A DNA stretch of 5,875 nucleotides, taken from positions 1 to 5,875 of the forward strand of contig CAJINV010000115.1 of the NCBI GenBank assembly GCA_905178155.1. Direction: 5' to 3'. The notes beneath the pieces were generated by a model. That model worked only from the letters and a program-made list of their open reading frames with translations. It had not been told where the DNA came from and did no database searches. A program made the position numbers and the translations under genes. Within the stretch, counting starts at the first letter, position 1; every line of letters starts with the position of its first letter. Positions 1 to 5,732 of the stretch are shown in pieces. Source of the DNA: Amoebophrya sp. A120 (lineage: Eukaryota > Protista > Dinoflagellata).

Positions 1-150
1 ATTTCCAGTACGTTCACATTTTTTCTAGCACAACAACATCATCATCTTCTCTTTTTCCAGCTGCACCGGGGCTCACTGGGAAAGATAAGCATTTTCGGAC
101 TTCGAGGCGTTCTGCTGCACGTGCTATTTTTTGTCGGTTTTATCCAGGCG

Positions 151-180
151 TTTTATTGTTTTTTTATTTTATTTTTACTA
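151..180 (-). terminator. A-rich tract with three AATAAA hexamers downstream of ORF2 (possible polyadenylation signal)
   Basis: Plus-strand TTTATT at 152-157, 163-168 and 168-173, about 145-165 nt after the ORF2 stop. Confidence 0.4.
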
Positions 181-317
181 ATCATCGTCCTCCCAAGTGT
201 TTGTCATCGATGTCCTTCGTCGAGGTCGTTGTGCAAGAGCAAGACTTCTGCGTGTCTTCCATAACAAGGTCGAGGCATCGGAGTGCGCGGCGGCAGGAAC
301 CTGTTACTTCTGGACTG

Positions 318-3300
318 TTATGCACTAGTTTCTAACATTCTTTCATAAACTATTCTACCGTATGCAATTCCTTGTCTTTGCTGCTGGCTTGTGTTGCTTT
401 TTTCTGGAACCCCTTTCTTCTTCGGCAGGGCCATCGTGCGTATTTTTCTTCCGTCACATGTGGCTTTCATGCCGCAAAACTCTTCTTCTGCCGTCGTGTT
501 CTTCACATGGCAGCCGGGGTATATGTTCGCAAGGGGCTGGCGCTGGCTATTCTTCTTCGCTATTCGCACCCGAAGAATGTCATCAATGTATCTTTTGTAC
601 AGCAGCAAGCCAAGGATTGCACTACTACTTCTTTCATGTTTGTAGCCAAACACGTTACTGATTTCGACCATTGCAGGGGATCCCATTGGCCCGCCAGTAG
701 TTTGGCGGAGGATGTGTCCTAGACATCGGACATAGCAAAAGTTGATATCTAGCTGTAGCACCTCCTTCACAAAACTCGGCGTCATCCAGGTTATTCCCTT
801 GCCCGGTTTCTTCTTCAGGTACTGAAATCTCCTCTGCGGTTTTGGCTTTTCGATTCTGTACAGCTCCTCCATCCCTCCGCGCAGTCTTGGTCGGTCTCGG
901 TGAACATCTAGTCTTTCTCGGAGGATGTGGTCTGCTTCCATGGCGATGTATTTCACCCCCTTGTTCTCCAGGGAGCTAGTGAAACCTCCCAGGAAACTCG
1001 TCGAATCCGCTGTGTCGCAACGCGTGAAGAAATCTTTCAGGTCTCCCGTGTCCAGCTGTAGCTCCTCGTCTTGTTTCCCTGTCTCTGCGAAGTGTCGGTT
1101 GATTTTTTCAATTTCTTCCACTACTTGTCGCTGCGTATAAAAAGTTGTTCGTCTTGCCGTTGGTTCGATTATCCTTCTGGCTATTTTTGCTGCTGCTGAT
1201 AGAATTCGCTTGTAACAATGCCCGGCATATGATGTCAGCGGGCGGTAGGCTATCCCTTCATCGGGCCACGGAAGGAAGTCATCGCGTTGTAGTTTGTTGA
1301 TAAAACGTGCCTTGAACAGGATGCGCAGGAAGGGCAACCTGTGTCGCCTGCTGGCTCTCATCGAAGTTCCTCCATCCTTGTGCAAGCTGAAAAACTCGCC
1401 GGCTTCGTCTTTTCTCGTCAACCCGAACCACCCCGGCACCTTCTCGTACTCCTCGGTGTGTTTTTTCATCGTTCTCTGCATCAACCTGTTGCAAGAGAAG
1501 AAAAGCTGCTTCTCGGGGTCTTTGTCTACTTCGTCGCAGTACAGAATATTCGCTCTCGAAAAGGCCAGCAGGCTCGCGTCAATGTCGTCGACAGTAACTC
1601 GGTTATCTTGTACCCACGTCCAGTCTACTGATTTTTCGGCCGCCCATCTGTCTGCTCTCCCGTCTAGCTTTATTACCTTCGTCCCGATCGCTTTTTCTAG
1701 TTTCTTTCTGGCTGCTGCAAAGTGCCTCTCTGTTTCGTTTCTGTTCGGGTGGAACCTGCCGAGCTTGTTCCAGGTTGGGTCTTTTCCCGGTTTTAGCAGC
1801 GGCAGCGTTTTTGTTGAAAAGCACACATGTCCATCAACGAGGGGGGCATCTGGGTACAGTTCTTTGATCTTCTTGCAGTGACATGGTGCGTCTTGTCCTG
1901 TCTGCTCCCAGTAGGCCAATAGGCCATGCCAGTTTTTCAGCCGGGTTCGGAAAAAGTCATGCGTTCGGGCGCACTTTTTTCTCTTTATCCGGATGATGAC
2001 ATCTCCTTCTCCTGTTCCTTCATGTTTGTACCTCTGCGCCATCGTGCTGTAGATCGAGAGAAGCGGCCCGATTGCTTCTGGTGATGTGTCGAAGAGCTCG
2101 ACCGTGGCTATTCTTGCTGCTATTTTTTCGCCTCGTATGCATTTGAGGTGGTGCTGGAACATCAGGTATTTCCCATCGGCCAAAATCCGCCTCGCATATC
2201 TGTCCAGCGCGATCACCTGTCTAGTGTTGAGATTCGTGAGGGCGGTCTGAACGTGTCGGGGCGGCTCCTTTAGTCTCAGTGACAGCCTCGTAATGAGCTT
2301 CAGGAACTTGTAGCCAACCTCTTTCAGGTTCCTCGTCCTCAAAATCCGCGCCGCTTCCTTCGGAATTTTGTCGCTTGGGCTTCTGTGCTCTCCTCCTTCT
2401 CTTCTTCGTCTCGTCGAGCGGAATTCCTTGCAGGTTCTGGCGGTCATGATGATCGTTTTCCGAATTCCCCCGTACTTTTTGCCCTTGGCGCTCGCTTTTT
2501 TCTCCATCGTGTTCGCCGTTGCATTGAAATACCCGATCAACATCATCTCGGCCATTTTCAGCGGCGTGGACTCCACTATTCGCGCTCGCATCACTCTCAC
2601 GAACAAGTACTCAGCCAGCTCTTTTCGATGGAACGCGCACCCCCGTCCATCACGGTACTCGCTGATCTTCTCGGACCAGTGGCACTTCCATCTGGTCTTC
2701 TTGTGCTGAATGGTTTGTCCGATGTAAGTCGACCGCGTTCCCGGACGCCAGGCGAGGTAGATAACTCCCTCCTCGTTTTCTCCTTCTTCCCGTTCGTCTT
2801 CGTTTGCCGCGCAACAAATCTCCAGTTTGTTTCGTAGGGTCCTGCAGAAATGTGTGTCGCTTTTGTCCAGGAACGCCCTGGCGATCCATTGGTCAAGGCT
2901 GAAAAGAGAATCTCTCAACACTGGCAAGAAGTGTCGCCCTCCTATTCTCGGCGCTGGTAGTGGTCTGCTGTCTCTGCATTGTTCTGCCCAAGGCTCGGGC
3001 AGGTTCTCGGCTTGGAATCTGTTGGTGGAGTAGGTTACTTGTTTTGCTCTTTTGTCATAGTCGAAGGTGACTACGCAGCTGCATCGGTTTGTTTGTCTGC
3101 AATAGTTACACTGCCCCCGTGGCGCTGCTGTTCGTGCAAAAGCGTAGCTTTTCATTGCTACTATAAGTTGTTGAGTGGTCGCGCACATGTTGTCGGTGTA
3201 CGTGTGCGGGCCTCTTCTTACTAGATCTCGGATTTTGTTGCGGATAAGGTGCAAAACGTTTATCCACGTGCGTGTGCCTACTCTCAGCGAGAGTGGGTAA

Positions 3301-3332
3301 AGCGGTACTGTTCTGTTAGTTCTCATCATCAT
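318..3332 (-). CDS. ORF2: GIY-YIG endonuclease / reverse transcriptase polyprotein (PLE-type, Naiad/Chlamys-like architecture), 1004 aa
   Basis: Uninterrupted ORF starting ATGATGATG and ending TAA. Motifs: GVIY(189-192), YIGQT(203-207), R214, H218, E262, N274; PCHC..GHVC(483-504); DK(603-604); LPFLRILFK(666-674); RPLTS(697-701); DLKDFFT(764-770); QTTGGPMGSP(877-886); RYIDD(914-918); EFCGM(951-955). Confidence 0.92.
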   Translation of the reverse strand: MMMRTNRTVPLYPLSLRVGTRTWINVLHLIRNKIRDLVRRGPHTYTDNMCATTQQLIVAMKSYAFARTAAPRGQCNYCRQTNRCSCVVTFDYDKRAKQVTYSTNRFQAENLPEPWAEQCRDSRPLPAPRIGGRHFLPVLRDSLFSLDQWIARAFLDKSDTHFCRTLRNKLEICCAANEDEREEGENEEGVIYLAWRPGTRSTYIGQTIQHKKTRWKCHWSEKISEYRDGRGCAFHRKELAEYLFVRVMRARIVESTPLKMAEMMLIGYFNATANTMEKKASAKGKKYGGIRKTIIMTARTCKEFRSTRRRREGGEHRSPSDKIPKEAARILRTRNLKEVGYKFLKLITRLSLRLKEPPRHVQTALTNLNTRQVIALDRYARRILADGKYLMFQHHLKCIRGEKIAARIATVELFDTSPEAIGPLLSIYSTMAQRYKHEGTGEGDVIIRIKRKKCARTHDFFRTRLKNWHGLLAYWEQTGQDAPCHCKKIKELYPDAPLVDGHVCFSTKTLPLLKPGKDPTWNKLGRFHPNRNETERHFAAARKKLEKAIGTKVIKLDGRADRWAAEKSVDWTWVQDNRVTVDDIDASLLAFSRANILYCDEVDKDPEKQLFFSCNRLMQRTMKKHTEEYEKVPGWFGLTRKDEAGEFFSLHKDGGTSMRASRRHRLPFLRILFKARFINKLQRDDFLPWPDEGIAYRPLTSYAGHCYKRILSAAAKIARRIIEPTARRTTFYTQRQVVEEIEKINRHFAETGKQDEELQLDTGDLKDFFTRCDTADSTSFLGGFTSSLENKGVKYIAMEADHILRERLDVHRDRPRLRGGMEELYRIEKPKPQRRFQYLKKKPGKGITWMTPSFVKEVLQLDINFCYVRCLGHILRQTTGGPMGSPAMVEISNVFGYKHERSSSAILGLLLYKRYIDDILRVRIAKKNSQRQPLANIYPGCHVKNTTAEEEFCGMKATCDGRKIRTMALPKKKGVPEKSNTSQQQRQGIAYGRIVYERMLETSA
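468..1526 (-). other. Reverse transcriptase core of ORF2 (aa 603-955)
   Basis: Catalytic aspartates D764 (nt 1041-1043) and YIDD (nt 579-590), motif B QxxGxPMGSP starting at nt 704, finger motifs P..IxxK and RPLTS, and the PLE-type DK motif at nt 1521-1526. Confidence 0.92.
1821..1886 (-). other. Zinc-knuckle-like motif PCHC-x14-GHVC in the EN-RT linker
   Basis: Translation PCHCKKIKELYPDAPLVDGHVC (aa 483-504). As I recall, a CxC..GH motif at this position is characteristic of PLEs with N-terminal EN. Confidence 0.65.
2511..2768 (-). other. GIY-YIG endonuclease domain of ORF2 (aa 189-274)
   Basis: GVIYLAWRPGTRSTYIGQTIQHKKTRWKCH...AEMMLI...ATAN carries the GIY and YIG motifs, the downstream Arg and His, the metal-binding Glu and the terminal Asn, in the order expected for the superfamily. 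Confidence 0.9.
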
Positions 3333-3345
3333 ATTTCTTCAATTC

Positions 3346-3362
3346 AAACAAGTGGGCGAGAA
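3346..3362. repeat. 17-bp inverted repeat, arm in the ORF1-ORF2 spacer (AAACAAGTGGGCGAGAA)
   Basis: Exact reverse complement of 5594-5610; lies 13 nt upstream of the ORF2 ATG. Confidence 0.95.
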
Positions 3363-3385
3363 GTCGTCGTTGTTATTGCTGCCAA

Positions 3386-3394
3386 AATGGCGCT
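3386..3394. repeat. 9-bp inverted repeat arm (AATGGCGCT), complementary to the ORF1 start-codon region 5578-5586
   Basis: 5578-5586 reads AGCGCCATT, the exact reverse complement. The pair is nested co-linearly inside the 17-bp pair. Confidence 0.85.
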
Positions 3395-3439
3395 CGATGT
3401 AGATCTGTTGTGCACGTGCGAAGCGGATTACTGCTGCTG

Positions 3440-3495
3440 TTTTTTGTTTTTTTAAAAAATTTTTTACTTTTTATTATTTTTGCTTTTTTAATATT
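3440..3495 (-). promoter_or_regulatory. A-rich tract in the inter-ORF spacer containing AATAAA (possible polyadenylation signal or internal promoter element)
   Basis: The minus strand is almost pure A/T from about 27 nt after the ORF1 stop. AATAAA is at 3470-3475 and AAAAAGTAAAAA at 3461-3472. Confidence 0.35.
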
Positions 3496-3521
3496 GCCAG
3501 AACCAGAACTGCACTACTGTG

Positions 3522-5585
3522 CTACTCCTCCCACTTCCCGTTCATCCATGCGTCCCATTCTTCTTTCGAGTACTCTTTGTTCCAGTCATTCGCATTCTCC
3601 TCTTTTCCCGTTTTGTTGGAGTTGATGTTCCCACTGCTGTTGCTGGTGTTGCTGCTGCTTGTTTTGTTGTTCCCACTGCTGTTGCTGTTGCTGCTGCTGC
3701 TCGTCCTGTTGTTTGTTTCCTGTTCCACTTCATCCTCGTACTCCCAGGTCTTGTTGCAGTTCAGGGCGTTCTTGCTGCTGTTCGATTTATTGTTCTTAGC
3801 TTTTTCCAAATTCCCGTCGTCATTCGGTACCAAATCGCCCACATCCAGTTCATCGTCGTCAAACTGCTGTTCCAAAAAATCCACATCCACCTCGTCATCT
3901 GAATCCAGGTTAATAATCTCGTCCTCTTCTGCGTAGTTCCCGAAATTGCCGATGGAGTGTTTTTCCGCGAGGTCTGCGTCATCTCCGTCGTCGATCTGCA
4001 TCTTGCTGGCTTTTTCGACCTTGATGCTGTAGTCGAGAATCTCCATCACCCTGATAGCCAACCCGATTCTGCCAAAGCTCTGCTTCTCTACCCAGACTGC
4101 TCCTTCGTCCGTGTCCTTCACAAAGCTGTACGATTCTGCTCCAAGGAGCATGAAGTGCTTGCGGAAGTCTTCGTGCCAAAAACACTTTTGGTAGAGACCG
4201 GTTTTATCTCCAGTGAGCGTAGACTGCACCGAAGCCTGCAACGACCCCACATTGATCTCCGGCAAGATCTTCCCCGCTTCCTTCACCTTTTTTGTGACGC
4301 TCCGCATCATGTACTTGGCGAAAGTTTCCGGCTTCTTCATGTGCTTGGGCTTCCACATGTCAAAAGAGGTCTTTGCGGCATGTGCTCCGGTTTTCACTCC
4401 TACATCCGAAAGCTTCTGGCTGCTCTCTTCTTCAAGGCATTTCCAGGTTTCTGCTGCTGCTTCCCACTCGTCTTCCAGGTAAGCTTCCCAGTTGAAGTTG
4501 ACAAATTCCTTTTTCTCTGCTTTTTTGGCGTTCTCCGTACTCCGCTCCGCAGCTTCTTCCGCAGGGGTTTTTGGCAGTGGTGGTAGCACGGGGGTGTCCT
4601 GCAGTTTCAGCTTTCTCTTCTTGCCCTCGGCCTGGTCTTCCTCCGCGTGCTCGTGTTCTTCTTCGCCGTCCTTCTCTGCTACTGTTTCGCCCTGTTCTTT
4701 CTCATTCGGTCGCGGTCGCAAGTTCAAGGCTCTGGTGGAGGGTTGAATAATTTCTGGCGGCACCTCTAAAACCGTCGAGGCCATCTCAACGTCTTTGTTT
4801 CCCTTATTCTTCCCACCTTCTTTCCCCGCGCCCTTTCCCTTCCCGTCTTTCTTCGTCGGCAAAGCCACAGCGTCGCGGCGCACGAGCTGTTTCCCTTTTC
4901 CTCCTTTGCTCGTAGTCCCGGCTTCTTCTCCCTTCTTGCTGAACTGTACGCGCTGGAGCTCCTCGATCTTCTTGTTCTGGTTCTTGATCAAGTCCACTAA
5001 TTCCTTCGGGATCCCAGCGGGCTCCTTGCTGCTACTGCTAGTAGTCGGAGCGACTTCTTCCGTTTCCTGCGGCGGCCCATCAACACACTTTTCCCAGTCG
5101 ATTTTGTCATACCAATCCGGTTCCGGCCCGACAATTTTCGAGAAGGCGCGGCTGCTGATGGTACTCATGGCGCTGAGCATCTTCCTCTGGTCTTCTTCTT
5201 TTACCATATCCAGTTTCGCTACCAGTGCCGCGACATGTCCTACAGCGAATCTGGGTACTGGTAGTGGGCAATATTTCGGGATTGTTAGCTCGGGGTAGGC
5301 TGGGTCCAGGATCTTCAGGGTGTTCATCATTTCGCGCGGGACTTTTCCCAGGAGGCTGACGTCTCTGGTGCTCCGTCCTTCTGCAATCGGATAATAGGTA
5401 AGCTTTCCGAAAAACTTCTCTTCCGAAACTGCTTCCACGGCGTCGTTGTTCCATCCCCCGGGCGGTTGCTCATTGTACTGGAACTGGTTGTATCCGCCTC
5501 CTTTTCCACCAAAATAGTTCTTTCCTCCTCCGTATCCTTTACCGGCTCCACTGTCTGCCGGCGGTCTTCGATTTGCCAGCGCCAT
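3522..5585 (-). CDS. ORF1: hypothetical protein of 687 aa (701 aa if the TTG at 5627 is used), largely disordered; possible RNA-binding/RNP chaperone
   Basis: Long open frame whose first in-frame ATG (5585) is in strong context (ATAATGG). It has a Gly/Tyr/Lys-rich N-terminus, a short heptad-like stretch (ELVDLIKNQNKKIEELQR), GK-rich and KKRKLK basic patches, Asp/Glu tracts, an Asn/Ser repeat and a Trp-rich acidic tail. No known domain was recognised, so the function is inferred. Confidence 0.85.
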   Translation of the reverse strand: MALANRRPPADSGAGKGYGGGKNYFGGKGGGYNQFQYNEQPPGGWNNDAVEAVSEEKFFGKLTYYPIAEGRSTRDVSLLGKVPREMMNTLKILDPAYPELTIPKYCPLPVPRFAVGHVAALVAKLDMVKEEDQRKMLSAMSTISSRAFSKIVGPEPDWYDKIDWEKCVDGPPQETEEVAPTTSSSSKEPAGIPKELVDLIKNQNKKIEELQRVQFSKKGEEAGTTSKGGKGKQLVRRDAVALPTKKDGKGKGAGKEGGKNKGNKDVEMASTVLEVPPEIIQPSTRALNLRPRPNEKEQGETVAEKDGEEEHEHAEEDQAEGKKRKLKLQDTPVLPPLPKTPAEEAAERSTENAKKAEKKEFVNFNWEAYLEDEWEAAAETWKCLEEESSQKLSDVGVKTGAHAAKTSFDMWKPKHMKKPETFAKYMMRSVTKKVKEAGKILPEINVGSLQASVQSTLTGDKTGLYQKCFWHEDFRKHFMLLGAESYSFVKDTDEGAVWVEKQSFGRIGLAIRVMEILDYSIKVEKASKMQIDDGDDADLAEKHSIGNFGNYAEEDEIINLDSDDEVDVDFLEQQFDDDELDVGDLVPNDDGNLEKAKNNKSNSSKNALNCNKTWEYEDEVEQETNNRTSSSSNSNSSGNNKTSSSNTSNSSGNINSNKTGKEENANDWNKEYSKEEWDAWMNGKWEE
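3621..3704 (-). repeat. Imperfect 2 x 42-bp tandem repeat in ORF1 (TSSSSNSNSSGNNK / TSSSNTSNSSGNIN)
   Basis: The 20-mer TGTTCCCACTGCTGTTGCTG occurs at 3626-3645 and 3668-3687, a period of 42, within AAC/AGC-rich low-complexity coding sequence. Confidence 0.85.
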
Positions 5586-5593
5586 TATTTGTT

Positions 5594-5610
5594 TTCTCGC
5601 CCACTTGTTT
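5594..5610. repeat. 17-bp inverted repeat, arm in the ORF1 leader (TTCTCGCCCACTTGTTT)
   Basis: Exact reverse complement of 3346-3362. Confidence 0.95.
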
Positions 5611-5617
5611 TGATGAT

Positions 5618-5635
5618 TTAGTTCCAAAATTGCAT
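5618..5635 (-). promoter_or_regulatory. Short upstream ORF MQFWN*
   Basis: ATG CAA TTT TGG AAC TAA on the minus strand, in weak context (CGCATGC). It is the only AUG between the TATA-like motif (5730) and the ORF1 ATG. The sequence is certain; its translation is inferred. Confidence 0.5.
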
Positions 5636-5704
5636 GCGTTTATGTAAAATATAGTGAGCAGTTTAAGGCGTAATAAGTTTACGATTTTCTATGGTGTTAA
5701 TCAG

Positions 5705-5732
5705 TTTTTATTTCTTTTTACTTTTTTATAAA
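5705..5732 (-). promoter_or_regulatory. A-rich tract with a TATA-like motif upstream of ORF1
   Basis: The minus strand reads TATAAAAAAGTAAAAAGAAATAAAAA from 5730, about 145 nt upstream of ATG 5585. TTTATAAA (5725-5732) is palindromic, and AATAAA is at 5707-5712. Promoter function is inferred only. Confidence 0.35.

Larger units (their letters stand above)
318..5635 (-). mobile_element. Penelope-like retroelement (PLE) with permuted N-terminal GIY-YIG endonuclease plus RT and an upstream ORF1; true ends not defined
   Basis: GIY-YIG and RT motifs lie in one polypeptide in EN-before-RT order, with a CxC..GH linker motif and a DK motif before the RT core. ORF1 is co-oriented and tied to ORF2 by inverted repeats. 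The sense strand is A-rich throughout. No TSD, pLTR or poly(A) end was seen, so the coordinates cover only the coding span. Confidence 0.8.

Noticed and set aside
1-317. Hammerhead ribozyme or pseudo-LTR expected at PLE ends
   Set aside because: No CTGANGA..GAAA core was seen in any non-coding segment, and there is no long direct repeat between the two ends. The weak hairpin 52-60/76-84 is too short to call.
318-3332. Bacterial RT classes (group II intron, retron, DGR, Abi) or non-LTR LINE
   Set aside because: No maturase X or HNH domain, no template/variable repeat pair, and no APE or restriction-like endonuclease was seen. A GIY-YIG fusion with DK and GxPMGSP/YIDD motifs points to PLEs.
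3447-3465. T7-A6-T6 palindromic run resembling a slippery site or hairpin
   Set aside because: It lies after the ORF1 stop, so it cannot act as a frameshift site, and an all-A/T stem would be unstable.
3333-3524. ORF1 and ORF2 are in the same frame, suggesting a gag-pol-like readthrough fusion
   Set aside because: Four in-frame stops intervene (TAG, TAA, TAA, TGA), so simple readthrough is not plausible. A splice cannot be excluded, but I could not support specific sites.
362-5298. Numerous 68-209 aa plus-strand ORFs and short alternate-frame minus-strand ORFs
   Set aside because: They overlap the two long ORFs, and their S/F/L- or R-rich translations are what the shadow frames of an A-rich coding strand produce. 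No motifs were recognised.
3365-5450. 10-bp direct repeat CGTCGTTGTT (3365-3374 and 5441-5450), and TGCACTA near both stop codons (321-327, 3510-3516)
   Set aside because: Both are short and low-complexity, and within chance expectation for a window of this size.
3346-5610. ORF1 as a separate DNA transposon or invertible cassette bounded by 17-bp TIRs
   Set aside because: No target-site duplication flanks the arms, and no transposase or recombinase motif was recognised in ORF1. The nested helix over the AUG fits RNA pairing better, though this alternative is not formally excluded.
5586-5627. TTG start giving the 701-aa version of ORF1
   Set aside because: This is an alternative-start call from the ORF finder. 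ATG 5585 has a strong eukaryotic context, and the extra 14 codons coincide with the repeat arm and uORF.
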